From positions 150 through 64,149 of the forward strand of contig CAKMKG010000001.1 of the NCBI GenBank assembly GCA_927441425.1: a stretch of 64,000 nt of DNA, written 5' to 3'. Under the pieces are notes generated by a model. The model was given only the letters and a program-made list of their open reading frames with translations, was not told where the DNA came from and made no database searches. The DNA is from an uncultured Bacillota bacterium (GTDB lineage: Bacteria; Bacillota; Clostridia; Peptostreptococcales; Anaerovoracaceae). Shown here in pieces: positions 1 through 9,343 of this stretch. How positions within the stretch are numbered: position 1 is the first letter of the stretch; every line of letters starts with the position of its first letter. A program made the translations under genes and the position numbers.

Positions 1-131
1 GCTTTAGCCACAGCGCAAAACAGGACAGCATGCGAGTGAAGCGAAATTATGAATAAAGAGAGCGAGCGAGTCGGAGTGAGCACACAGGTTTATTTAGCGA
101 ACGTTGCCTGGGAAAGTAGGACGTCGCCGGT
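1..131 (+). rRNA. rrf: 5S rRNA gene, 3' part only (5' part lies outside the window); positions ~1-103 are non-canonical, a possible insertion in helix IV/loop D
   Basis: 104-131 TTGCCTGGGAAAGTAGGACGTCGCCGGT matches the conserved clostridial 5S 3' end (...GCCTGGGAGAGTAGGACGTCGCCGG) and is directly followed by a strong terminator. The expected upstream GCCGATGGTAC...GG segment is absent from 1-103. Confidence 0.7.
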
Positions 132-133
132 TT

Positions 134-169
134 AAAAAAAAGCACATTGCAAATGCAGTGTGCTTTTTT
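134..169. terminator. Bidirectional intrinsic terminator
   Basis: A8-GCACATTGC-AAAT-GCAGTGTGC-T6, between the 5S 3' end and the convergent gene at 220-936. Confidence 0.85.
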
Positions 170-219
170 AATTAAGGCAATGACATATTATTTCGGCGAT
201 CAGTTGTCCGCCAAGTGAA

Positions 220-936
220 TTAATAGCCTAAGAACATTTCGTGCCGTATATTACGCTTCTTTATGCCTTGGTTAATTAGTTTTTCTTTGAGTTGTTTGAT
301 CATTCCCGGAGGTCCAGACAAATAATAGATTGCGGTGTTATTATACTTCTGAACGGATGCATCTATTGCATTTGACAGCTCATCTTTTTCAGATAGATAG
401 TTTATGTTTATCAATCTATGATCAGCCAACAATGTATCAAAAAAATCTTTATAAACAAAAGTTTTTCTACTGTCAATGTAAAATAGTTCGATTGGAGTTG
501 ACTTAAAAGTATTATTGCTAACGGCATCGCTGATAATAGACCTGTAAGGCGTGATTCCAATGCCACCTGCTATGCAAACGGCAGGACTTAACGGCTTATC
601 TATATAGAAAGGGCCGAAAGGGCCTCGCATGTTAATATTGTCACCTTGTTTCATATTAAGAAGTACTTGCTTGAAAGCACTTGGCTTCTCCGGAACACGA
701 GTGGAGATCATTATAATGCTCTCCGCTGGGGTTGAAGCAAGGCTGAAACCACGGAAAGAGCCTTTTCCAAGGTTTTTACCGGGGATAGTGAAAAGTCCGT
801 GCTGTCCCGGCTTCCAAATATATTCTTTTTCTGTTTTGAATTGAAAGGTGTGCACATCATCAACCTCATGAACATGCGCTACAAATGATAAGGTGTGTTT
901 TGTACGAACAGGCAATAAATCATTTAGGAACTTCAT
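220..936 (-). CDS. FAD/NAD(P)-binding oxidoreductase, ferredoxin-NADP reductase-like family
   Basis: RGFSLAS (RxYS-like FAD motif), GPFG, IAGGIGITPY, SGPPGM, C-terminal E-x-F. Confidence 0.85.
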   Translation of the reverse strand: MKFLNDLLPVRTKHTLSFVAHVHEVDDVHTFQFKTEKEYIWKPGQHGLFTIPGKNLGKGSFRGFSLASTPAESIIMISTRVPEKPSAFKQVLLNMKQGDNINMRGPFGPFYIDKPLSPAVCIAGGIGITPYRSIISDAVSNNTFKSTPIELFYIDSRKTFVYKDFFDTLLADHRLININYLSEKDELSNAIDASVQKYNNTAIYYLSGPPGMIKQLKEKLINQGIKKRNIRHEMFLGY

Positions 937-1006
937 GGTTCTCTCTCCTTTGAATCTGAAGCAACGCTCTTTTATATTAGTTTAACATGTTTCCAACATT
1001 TTTTAA

Positions 1007-1065
1007 TTGACTTAAGCAAATTTTGCAAATAAAATGAGTTCAATAATCTAGCTAATAAATTAGAT
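1007..1065 (+). promoter_or_regulatory. sigmaA promoter and downstream imperfect palindrome (possible operator)
   Basis: TTGACT-N17-TAAAAT (1007-1035); ATCTAGCTAATAAATTAGAT (1046-1065). Confidence 0.5.
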
Positions 1066-1098
1066 GGAGGGAAATCCATTGAAGGAAGAGGATGAAAT

Positions 1099-1959
1099 AT
1101 GCGCATATTAGTAACTGGTGCCATGGGAAATGTCGGGCGATTTGTAGTGGAAAGTCTGTTAGAGCTAGGAGAAAAGGTAGTGGCAGCAAGTCCTAACATA
1201 GAAAAACTGAATAAAGCCTATGGCGGAAATGAAAATATAAGAACAGTACAGTTTGATTTTATGGAAAAAAAGACCTATGAAGCTGCTTTAGAAGGAGTTG
1301 ACAGGATCTTCTTGATGCGTCCGCCTCATCTTGGGAAGCCGGAAGATTTACTCCCCTTTCTCCACGCAATGAAGAAAGCAAATATTAAGTTGGTGGCGTT
1401 CCTATCCCTCATGGGAGTAGAAAACAATCCTATACCGCCTCACCATAAAATAGAGAAACTTATTCAGCAGCTTGGGATTCAATACTCATTCATTCGCCCC
1501 GGCTTTTTTATGCAAAACCTGTCTGGGATACATGCCTTAGAAATAAAGGAGAAGAGTCAGATATTCGTACCAGCAGGCAAAAGTAAAACCAGCTTTATCG
1601 ATGCGAAAGACATTGGCTTTGCAGCTGCAACAATCCTTAGCTCGCCTGAAAAGCACAAAAATACTGCACATACGATAACAGGTCCGGAATCTCTTGATTA
1701 TTATCAGGTTGCAGCAATCCTTTCAGAGGTGCTTAGAAAAAAAATAACGTATACAAAGCCATCGTTTCTCAAGTATCGTCATGCCTACATCAATAGAAGG
1801 GGTATGGACAAGAGCTACGTCAACGTAACCGTCTTGCTTTATTTCATGACAAGAATGGGTACAGCAGAAAAAGTAACACATGAGTTTGAAAAACTGACAG
1901 GAAGAAAGCAAAGAAGCTTTAGGGAGTTCGCATTGGAAAATATCAAAACTTGGCAGTAA
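1099..1959 (+). CDS. NmrA-like / atypical SDR NAD(P)H-binding protein
   Basis: ILVTGAMGNVG Rossmann motif, IRPGFFMQN, FIDAKDIG, TITGPE. Confidence 0.85.
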   Translation: MRILVTGAMGNVGRFVVESLLELGEKVVAASPNIEKLNKAYGGNENIRTVQFDFMEKKTYEAALEGVDRIFLMRPPHLGKPEDLLPFLHAMKKANIKLVAFLSLMGVENNPIPPHHKIEKLIQQLGIQYSFIRPGFFMQNLSGIHALEIKEKSQIFVPAGKSKTSFIDAKDIGFAAATILSSPEKHKNTAHTITGPESLDYYQVAAILSEVLRKKITYTKPSFLKYRHAYINRRGMDKSYVNVTVLLYFMTRMGTAEKVTHEFEKLTGRKQRSFREFALENIKTWQ

Positions 1960-1960
1960 T

Positions 1961-1992
1961 AAAACACATCTCAGTTCGAGATGTGTTTTTTT
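1961..1992 (+). terminator. Intrinsic terminator
   Basis: AAAACACATCTC-AGTTC-GAGATGTGTTTT followed by a T run. Confidence 0.85.
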
Positions 1993-2080
1993 CAGGGTAA
2001 CTTGTATAGAAGATTGAAATTTGTTTGAAAGAGCCAGTATAAGGTATACATTTACTCAGTAGTAAAATAGGAGGGTAACA

Positions 2081-2599
2081 ATGGGAAAAGAATATGATAA
2101 GCCCATCTTCATTGATGTGAAGAATATTGATTCAAATGATAAAGATTCAGAACAAAGATACATTGACGAAATACGGAAAATGTCTGACAATCAGATGTTT
2201 GCAGTCCTGGCAACTCACGGCGAAAGTGGACCGTTTGCTTCGTTGGTTGCATTTGCGGGCAGCAGGGATTTGAAGCATATTATTTTTATAACACCAAGGA
2301 ATACAAAAAAATATGATAACATTCTTGTGAATGGGAATGTAACGCTTCTGATTGACAACAGATCAGACCGGCCTGGCAGTATAAACCAGATTAGCGCTCT
2401 AACGATAACGGGAACGGCAAGTGTAATGAATAACGAACTTTTCATGGATCAATGGCTGAGGATGTATTTGTCAAAACATCCAAACCTGAATGATTTCGTA
2501 GAGGCTTCATCGAATATTGCGATTCTTGTCGAAGTAGATACGTACATTTATGTTTCGAAGTTTCAAGAAGTTTTTGCATGGTCTCCGGATCAGAGGTAA
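2081..2599 (+). CDS. Pyridoxamine 5'-phosphate oxidase-like (FMN split-barrel) protein
   Basis: FAVLAT...PFASLVAF...TPRNTKKYDNI..NGNVTLLIDNR pattern; RBS GGAGG. Confidence 0.8.
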   Translation: MGKEYDKPIFIDVKNIDSNDKDSEQRYIDEIRKMSDNQMFAVLATHGESGPFASLVAFAGSRDLKHIIFITPRNTKKYDNILVNGNVTLLIDNRSDRPGSINQISALTITGTASVMNNELFMDQWLRMYLSKHPNLNDFVEASSNIAILVEVDTYIYVSKFQEVFAWSPDQR

Positions 2600-2656
2600 T
2601 TATAATATAGAGAGAATGAATCTCATCGTGAATTCGGTTAGTTTTAAACAGAACAA

Positions 2657-3277
2657 ATGGTAAGCGTGAAAAATATGAAAAAAGATAAAAAAGAAAATAC
2701 AGTTTTTGATACGATTGCACCAATCTATGGAAGGTTTTTTGATTATCAGACAAAGCGTTATGATGCAGCTTTGGATAAAATAAAAAGCGAATTAGATATT
2801 TCTGGTTACCATAGTATCGTAGATGTTGGATGTGGTACTGGGGCGTTGTGTTCTGTTCTGAATCAAAGAGGGTTGTGTGTAACTGGTGTTGATTCATCCC
2901 AAAGGATGCTTCGGATTGCTGAGGAAAAACAAAAATATGCAGGGATTAAATTTGTGAATGCAAGTGTGCTAGAGGGGTTGCCTTTTGATGATAAAAGCTT
3001 TGATCTATCAATCGCCTCACATGTTGCCCACGGACTAAAAGAGAGTGAACGTGGGAAAATGTATGCGGAAATGAGCAGGATCACGAAGCAGCTGGTTATT
3101 ATTTATGATTATAACCAGAATCGATCCCCTCTCACAAATATCCTAGAATGGCTCGAGAGGGGAGATTATTTCAATTTCATTAGAAAAGTCAGACAGGAGC
3201 TCAAAGAAAACTTTCTTGAAATTAAAACGATCGATGTTGACATCAGAGCGTCGTTATATGTCTGTAAACCGCGATGA
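2657..3277 (+). CDS. Class I SAM-dependent methyltransferase (UbiE-like)
   Basis: IVDVGCGTG motif I, GVDSS, LPFDDKSFD; alternative start 2675. Confidence 0.85.
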   Translation: MVSVKNMKKDKKENTVFDTIAPIYGRFFDYQTKRYDAALDKIKSELDISGYHSIVDVGCGTGALCSVLNQRGLCVTGVDSSQRMLRIAEEKQKYAGIKFVNASVLEGLPFDDKSFDLSIASHVAHGLKESERGKMYAEMSRITKQLVIIYDYNQNRSPLTNILEWLERGDYFNFIRKVRQELKENFLEIKTIDVDIRASLYVCKPR

Positions 3278-3304
3278 AAAAGCGACTTCTTGAGAAGTCG
3301 CTTT
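3278..3304. terminator. Bidirectional terminator between convergent genes
   Basis: AAAGCGACTTCT-TG-AGAAGTCGCTTT inverted repeat. Confidence 0.8.
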
Positions 3305-3312
3305 CACAATTT

Positions 3313-4566
3313 TTAATTGCTTTCTTCGATTTGTTCCAGCTTCTGTGCAGAAACCGCTCTTCTTCTGATATAGAAGGAGGCAACTACACCGATAACACTG
3401 ACAACACCAAGATACATGAATACGTAAGCATATCCGCCTCCGCCATAGTTGTCAAGCCAGGAACCAAACAAGGTCCACATGAAGAAGTCAGGGGAGTAAC
3501 CGATTACGGACGCGATACCGACGGCAGTACCCATGACAAGGGCAGGGATTCTGGTTTCGCTTGCAATAGAGAACATGATGCCGTACAATGCAAGACCGAA
3601 CAGTCCCGGCAGCAAGGTGTAGTAGCTTACCAGGGTCACACTGGCTGTTGATGGGATCGCCAGTACACCGAAGTACAATAAAGCCAGAATGGTGAATAGA
3701 ATCATGAACCAGCGGCTAGTGGAATGGAATACCTTATCTGCAATAATACCACTAACGGGTGCAAGAATATAGAAGATATAAGTTCTGATGATGGACAGTA
3801 CGCCGGACTCTTCCGGAGTGATTCCAACCACCTCTGTCAGATATGGTGTAAACATGGTTCCGCCGCTGTATCCGACGGTATATGCAGCAAATATGATGAA
3901 TGCAAAAACCCAGACTGTCGGATTCTTCAGCACTTCTCGAACCTGGCTGACTTTAAATTCATTGATTGTAACCTCTGTATCGACATAAAGCTTTTCCTTA
4001 ACGAAGATATATACTAGAATGGCGGCAATCAGCGTGCTGGCGGCATAGGTCAATACACAGATCGTGAATTTAGCCGATCCGTCTACGCCCATATTTGATA
4101 AATTCAGAGCGACAGAGTTCACAATAGCCCCTGTTACGCCGTTCCCCAAGTAATAAAGACCGAACATAAATCCCTGTTCCTGTTCTGTTCCGATCATGCG
4201 GATGGTCTTCATCAGCGAACCCCAGAATACAAAGGTTGTGGAAAACGCAAACAGGAACCAAATGAACAAGGCGACGCCGTACCCGGAAACGAGGGCGAGG
4301 ATTGCAGTCAGAGCCGTAGTCGTAACCAGAGAAATCAAAATACATTTTTTCGTGGACAGCTTGTCGGCAATCATCCCTCCAGGGATATAGAGTATCATAC
4401 AGCCGATGGCATAAACTGTGGACAATACGCCCAGCTGCGTGTTGGTGATGGACAGAGCCTCAAGCTGCCAGTCATAAAAGACATAACGGATATATGGGAT
4501 TAGATAAATGGATCCGCCGGCAACACCAAGAGACAAGATTGCCAGAAATTTGCTAGCTCGACTCAT
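3313..4566 (-). CDS. MFS transporter, YqcE/YihN-like
   Basis: About 12 hydrophobic segments; GGMIADKLSTKK motif A; N-terminal GGSIYLIPYIRYVFY; last gene of the minus-strand operon. Confidence 0.85.
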   Translation of the reverse strand: MSRASKFLAILSLGVAGGSIYLIPYIRYVFYDWQLEALSITNTQLGVLSTVYAIGCMILYIPGGMIADKLSTKKCILISLVTTTALTAILALVSGYGVALFIWFLFAFSTTFVFWGSLMKTIRMIGTEQEQGFMFGLYYLGNGVTGAIVNSVALNLSNMGVDGSAKFTICVLTYAASTLIAAILVYIFVKEKLYVDTEVTINEFKVSQVREVLKNPTVWVFAFIIFAAYTVGYSGGTMFTPYLTEVVGITPEESGVLSIIRTYIFYILAPVSGIIADKVFHSTSRWFMILFTILALLYFGVLAIPSTASVTLVSYYTLLPGLFGLALYGIMFSIASETRIPALVMGTAVGIASVIGYSPDFFMWTLFGSWLDNYGGGGYAYVFMYLGVVSVIGVVASFYIRRRAVSAQKLEQIEESN

Positions 4567-4680
4567 AGAAACCTCCTTAAATCATAAAAATTAACAGAGA
4601 TAAAGCTTATGTATATAATATCATTCCTTCCCCGGGGAGGTCTGCAGGCAAAGCTGCCGACGGACCCCGCCGGTTCGGGA

Positions 4681-6783
4681 TTATTGTTTTATGTACAGGG
4701 CATCCACAGCGCAGATTCCCTTTTCATAAACAAACACGGGATTGATATCCAGTTCCGCCAGATCGTCTGCCCGCTCCGCCGCCATTTCAGAAATCAGAAC
4801 GATGGCATCCGAAAGTGCATCGATATCTCCTTTTGGTGTGCCTCTATAACCATCCAGAATGCGAAAGCTTTTCAGACTTCTTATCATATTGTCGGCTTCG
4901 GCTTTTGATACGGGAGCAAGCGCCATAGATGTGTCCTTAAAAATCTCTACAAAGACTCCGCCGAGACCAACCAAAACGCAGGGTCCGAATTGGGGATCGT
5001 TGTTCACACCAAGAATGACTTCTGTTCCCTTATCTGCCATATTGCAGATCTGTACTCCTCTGATGTCGGGATGCTCGAAATGCTTCGCGGCATTCTCCAA
5101 TATGGTGTCGTAAGCCTCCATGGCTTCTTCGGGGGATTTTAGGCCCAGAATGACGCAGCCCACATCGGATTTATGAAGAATATCCGGGCTGTCTACCTTG
5201 GCGACAGCCTTCCTGAGATTCAGACGGGAAAATAGTTCGCCGGCCTCTTCCCTAGATCTGGCAACTTCAAATATGCCGCAGTCGATGCCGTATCTCTGAA
5301 TCATCTTTTTGCTCTCGCTTTCCGTAAGAGCAGAACGAGTATTGCAATCAGATTCTCTCAATGCTGGGTTCGTCAATACGGCAACCTCCAGATTATGGTC
5401 CTCCGGCTTATAGCATGAGAAATCCAGTATGTGTTTAATGATTTTCAGTGCATACAGCGAAGTTGGGAGAACAGGAACACCAATGGATTCCAACTTCTTT
5501 ACATAATCACTGTTGCGGGTGTTTTCGGCGAAAGGAAGCATCAGGCAGGGTTTGGCCCATTCTTCCTTCATGACTCTTCCCAGCGCTTCCGAAATGTAGT
5601 AAATGGCATTGTCTGAAATCTCTTCCAACAGAGTATACCCGATGGACACGATACCGACGGAAGGATCCTTCATGACTGCTTCGCAGACCGAGGCAAACTT
5701 ATCGATATCATAGGAAAGAGACGCCGTTGAATCCAGAGGATTGTTGACGGTGGCATAGCCTGGCAGTATCGCTTCCAGAGCTTTTACGGTTTTCTCGCTG
5801 AAATCTGGATACGTAAGCCCGATGATTTGGCCCAGATCGGCACAGATCCCTGTCTCTCCTCCGGATAAGCTGATGCTTGAAAAGCCGCTGCTCTCCGGCA
5901 GCTTTTTCAGAACCGCCAGAGCCTGCGCTGTTGAAATTAGCTCTTCCAAGTCATCCACGCGAAGGACGCCGAACTTGTCAAATAGAGCATCGAACACTTT
6001 GTCGCTTCCGGATAGACTTCCTGTATGGGAAGCTGCCAACGCCTGACCCTTTTCGGATCGGCCTGTTTTCAGCACGACAATCGGCTTGTGCTTCAGGGCA
6101 GCTTTCTTCAGGACTGACGCCAGTTTGGACGGCTGTTTGCTGCCTTCCATGTAAAGGGCGATAACCTGCGTATCCTCGTCATCGACCAGAAAGTCCAGAT
6201 AATCTTCAATGGTTGTGATTTTTCCATTGCCGGAGGAAATTGCGTAGGAAAAGCGGATGCTTGCAGCCTCCATCATGGACAGAACCAGCTGGCCGCTTTG
6301 CGAAACCACGCCGACGGCGCCCTTTCTGTCTCGTTCATTTGAAATAAATGCGTATGGATAGATCATATCCACATAGTTAGCGTAGCCGGCACAGTTGGGA
6401 CCCATCAAAGCGATGTCCAGCTCCTGACAGAGGGACTTAAGCTGATTTTCCGCCTCGGTGCCTTCTTCCGTGCCTACTTCTCCGTAACCGCTGGCAAATA
6501 CCACAGCTCCCCGGACGCCTTTTTCTGCGCCTTCCCGGAGGAAGCCTTCCACAGTGGACATTGGCGTAGCAATGACCAGAAGCTCTACCGGCTCTGGCAG
6601 ATCGGATATGGAAGGGTAGCAGCGCACACCCTGAACCTGGTCTCTTTTCGGGTTGATAAAATAATAATCCCCGGGCTTCATGTAACGAATGATATTTCTG
6701 CAGGTATCACCGCCGAAGCCTTCTTTTTCGCTGGCGCCGATGACGGCCACCTTTTTCGGCTTCAATAATTTTTTGATATCCAT
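4681..6783 (-). CDS. ADP-forming acyl-CoA synthetase (acetate-CoA ligase family), fused alpha-beta
   Basis: VAVIGAS CoA-binding domain, GPNCAG, SQSG, SHTGSL (phospho-His), NNPLD, ATP-grasp HKSDVG, ELDINP. Confidence 0.92.
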   Translation of the reverse strand: MDIKKLLKPKKVAVIGASEKEGFGGDTCRNIIRYMKPGDYYFINPKRDQVQGVRCYPSISDLPEPVELLVIATPMSTVEGFLREGAEKGVRGAVVFASGYGEVGTEEGTEAENQLKSLCQELDIALMGPNCAGYANYVDMIYPYAFISNERDRKGAVGVVSQSGQLVLSMMEAASIRFSYAISSGNGKITTIEDYLDFLVDDEDTQVIALYMEGSKQPSKLASVLKKAALKHKPIVVLKTGRSEKGQALAASHTGSLSGSDKVFDALFDKFGVLRVDDLEELISTAQALAVLKKLPESSGFSSISLSGGETGICADLGQIIGLTYPDFSEKTVKALEAILPGYATVNNPLDSTASLSYDIDKFASVCEAVMKDPSVGIVSIGYTLLEEISDNAIYYISEALGRVMKEEWAKPCLMLPFAENTRNSDYVKKLESIGVPVLPTSLYALKIIKHILDFSCYKPEDHNLEVAVLTNPALRESDCNTRSALTESESKKMIQRYGIDCGIFEVARSREEAGELFSRLNLRKAVAKVDSPDILHKSDVGCVILGLKSPEEAMEAYDTILENAAKHFEHPDIRGVQICNMADKGTEVILGVNNDPQFGPCVLVGLGGVFVEIFKDTSMALAPVSKAEADNMIRSLKSFRILDGYRGTPKGDIDALSDAIVLISEMAAERADDLAELDINPVFVYEKGICAVDALYIKQ

Positions 6784-6794
6784 ACTACTGCTCC

Positions 6795-7334
6795 TTATCC
6801 TTGTTTTTTCCTTGTTTCTGCCAAACCCTTGCGGAAAACCAACTCATTCTTCGGATTGTTTTTCCCTTTTTCCAGGAAGAAGTCCTCGATACCCTTCCAG
6901 GTCACCTCGGGGTTGAATAAAGCTCCGGAGGCAGCCAGAGCACCGAGCATAACAATGTTTGCGCCCTTTGGATTATTCAGCTCATCGGCGATGCCGGTGG
7001 CTGCCACTTCATAGACCTGGATATCCTTGCGGAAATCATATTGATCAATCAGTGTTTTGTTTGTGATAATAATGCCTCCGGGAACCACGTTTTTTTCAAA
7101 TTTAACCAAGGAAGGCATATTCATAACAACCAATATATCTATTTTATTCACAAATGGGCTGGCTATTTTTCCGTCGGAAATCTTTACGTTGCAATTGGCT
7201 GTTCCGCCTCGCATTTCACTTCCGTAGGATGGGATCCAGGTTACGTTCTTGCCGACGTCAACGCCGGTTTTGGCCATGATGAGTCCAGCCGTCAGAACGC
7301 CCTGGCCGCCGAATCCGGCAAAAATTAGATTCAT
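6795..7334 (-). CDS. 2-oxoacid:ferredoxin oxidoreductase gamma subunit
   Basis: FAGFGGQGVL, PSYGSEMRGG, NIVMLGA; start at 7334 overlaps the beta stop (TAATG) and has a GGAGG RBS. Confidence 0.92.
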   Translation of the reverse strand: MNLIFAGFGGQGVLTAGLIMAKTGVDVGKNVTWIPSYGSEMRGGTANCNVKISDGKIASPFVNKIDILVVMNMPSLVKFEKNVVPGGIIITNKTLIDQYDFRKDIQVYEVAATGIADELNNPKGANIVMLGALAASGALFNPEVTWKGIEDFFLEKGKNNPKNELVFRKGLAETRKKQG

Positions 7335-8062
7335 TATTTGCCACCTCCTTGGTACTCTCCCAGCGGATATACTGACTGAACAACCTGATTGATGTGCTTG
7401 CATGCATTCAGCGGTGTCATTCCCCAGTTGGTGGGACATGGCGACAGGATCTCGACAAGGCTGTATCCGGCTTTGTTCTTCTGCGCTTCGAAGGCCTTGC
7501 GGATATATTTTTTTGTCTTTGTTATTTCTTTTATGTCTGTCAAGGTTCCCCTTGCCAGATAAGCAACATCCAGCGTGCCCATCAGCTTCATCACATCCAG
7601 AGGTTTACCGGTTAAGGAAACGTCCCGGCCGTATGGGGAGGTGGTGGTGCGCTGATTCTCCAATGTGGTGGGAGACATCTGACCGCCGGTCATGCCGAAG
7701 TTATTATTGTTGATCAGTATTACTGTGATATTTTCGTTGCGGATTGCCGCATACATGGTTTCTGAAAATCCAATGGCCAGTGCGTCCCCGTCTCCCTGAT
7801 AGGAGAAAACCATGTTATCCGGACGGCAGCGCTTGATGCCGACTGCTACGGCAGCGGCGCGCCCGTGCTGAGACTGAACAATGTCAACCCCATAGGTATC
7901 AGGCATCAGAGAAGAACAGCCGACAGCAACAGCGCAGATTGCGCCTTTGTCTTCGTTCATTTCCTCCAAAACCTCTGCTACGAGCCGGTTCACAATGCCA
8001 TGACCGCAGCCGGGACAGAATTTATGATCCACATAAAGGATTTTTGATCGTCGTTTTTTCAT
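7334..8062 (-). CDS. 2-oxoacid:ferredoxin oxidoreductase beta (TPP-binding) subunit
   Basis: FCPGCGHG, QGDGD...NN TPP motif, GMTGGQMSPT, SPCPTNW; RBS AAGGAGG before ATG 8062. Confidence 0.92.
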   Translation of the reverse strand: MKKRRSKILYVDHKFCPGCGHGIVNRLVAEVLEEMNEDKGAICAVAVGCSSLMPDTYGVDIVQSQHGRAAAVAVGIKRCRPDNMVFSYQGDGDALAIGFSETMYAAIRNENITVILINNNNFGMTGGQMSPTTLENQRTTTSPYGRDVSLTGKPLDVMKLMGTLDVAYLARGTLTDIKEITKTKKYIRKAFEAQKNKAGYSLVEILSPCPTNWGMTPLNACKHINQVVQSVYPLGEYQGGGK

Positions 8063-8063
8063 T

Positions 8064-9119
8064 TCAGTAAACCTCCTTTGCGTTGCCGGCAAAGATGTCC
8101 TTAACGGCGGATAAAATTTCCTCAGCTTCATATACTTTCATTCCGCCGCGGATCGGATAGGTCGGCCTGCACCTGGCAGCCATCACAACATCTTCGATCA
8201 TCTGGGAAAGACATGACATTTCCACACTGGCGAAGTATTTTACCTTCTCCAGCTTTTCAAAGGCTTTTACCGGAAATGGATAGAGGGTGATGGGGCGAAT
8301 CAGGCCAACCATAAGCCCTTCTTTCCTCGCCATTTCCACAACCTCTGCGCAAATTCTGGAGGAGATCCCATAGGCCACCAGCACCAGCTCGGCATCCTCG
8401 GTCTTGATTTCTTCCCATTGCTGTTCTTTTTCGATTATTTTATCGTATTTGTTTTTCAGATAATTATCATAGTCCAGATTGTAATACATAATAGAAGTGT
8501 GGCGTTTGTTCTGGCCGTCGCCCTTTCCGTTCATAGCCCATGGCAGGGCATCCTGATTATGGTCTTTGAGCGCAGGAAATTCCACCGGTTCCATCATCTG
8601 CGCGATGGAGGCATCGGTTAGGATGAGTACGGGATTGCGGTACTCTTCCGCCTTGTCAAAGGCCGATACCGTCAGATCAACCGTTTCCTGTACGGAATTC
8701 GGTGCGTAGACAAGACATCGATAGTCACCATGCCCGCCGTTTTTTACTGCCTGCCAATAATCTCCCTGGCCGGTAAAGATATCTGCCAGACCGGAGCCAT
8801 AGCGCTGAACATCGACGATAACGCAGGGAAGCTCGGCAGAAGCGATATAGGAGATCCCTTCCTGCATCAGGCTGAACCCTGGTCCGGAGGAGCTGGTGAA
8901 GGCTCTTGCACCGGTGGCGGCAGCGCCGTATACCATGGAAATCCCTGAAATCTCAGACTCGGTCTGAATAAAAACGCCCCCAACCTCCGGCATTCTCCAG
9001 GATAAGTACTCTAAAATTTCACTTTGGGGGGTGATTGGATAACCGGCGAAAAACCGGCATCCACCGCGAATTGCAGCCTCGGCGATTGCGTCATTCCCTT
9101 TCATCAGCTTCCTTGTCAT
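8064..9119 (-). CDS. vorB: 2-oxoacid:ferredoxin oxidoreductase alpha subunit (2-oxoisovalerate/Vor type)
   Basis: MKGNDAIAEAA, FAGYPITPQSE, TSSSGPG, GGHGDY. Confidence 0.9.
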   Translation of the reverse strand: MTRKLMKGNDAIAEAAIRGGCRFFAGYPITPQSEILEYLSWRMPEVGGVFIQTESEISGISMVYGAAATGARAFTSSSGPGFSLMQEGISYIASAELPCVIVDVQRYGSGLADIFTGQGDYWQAVKNGGHGDYRCLVYAPNSVQETVDLTVSAFDKAEEYRNPVLILTDASIAQMMEPVEFPALKDHNQDALPWAMNGKGDGQNKRHTSIMYYNLDYDNYLKNKYDKIIEKEQQWEEIKTEDAELVLVAYGISSRICAEVVEMARKEGLMVGLIRPITLYPFPVKAFEKLEKVKYFASVEMSCLSQMIEDVVMAARCRPTYPIRGGMKVYEAEEILSAVKDIFAGNAKEVY

Positions 9120-9331
9120 GCTTTCGCCTCCTCTTCTAGTATTTCATATACATAATCCGGGCATACATTATAGCAGATTCCACAGGTGATGCATTTATCT
9201 GCATCAACTTCCGTTGTCATGTACCCGGCAATATTGATCGGTCCAGTCATGGTCAATGCTTCTTTTGGACAGTTGACAATGCAGTATTGGCAACCCTTGC
9301 AGGATTCCCGGTGAATGATAAGCTTTTCCAT
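9116..9331 (-). CDS. 2-oxoacid:ferredoxin oxidoreductase delta subunit, 2x[4Fe-4S] ferredoxin
   Basis: CKGCQYCIVNCP and CITCGICYNVCP; RBS GGAGGA before ATG 9331. Confidence 0.92.
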   Translation of the reverse strand: MEKLIIHRESCKGCQYCIVNCPKEALTMTGPINIAGYMTTEVDADKCITCGICYNVCPDYVYEILEEEAKA

Positions 9332-9343
9332 AATTTCCTCCAT

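Noticed and set aside
7335-7439. N-terminal extension of the oxidoreductase gamma subunit (likewise the longer starts for the beta subunit, GntR, etfB and the LytTR regulator)
   Set aside because: These overlap neighbouring genes or promoters; downstream starts have clear RBSs.
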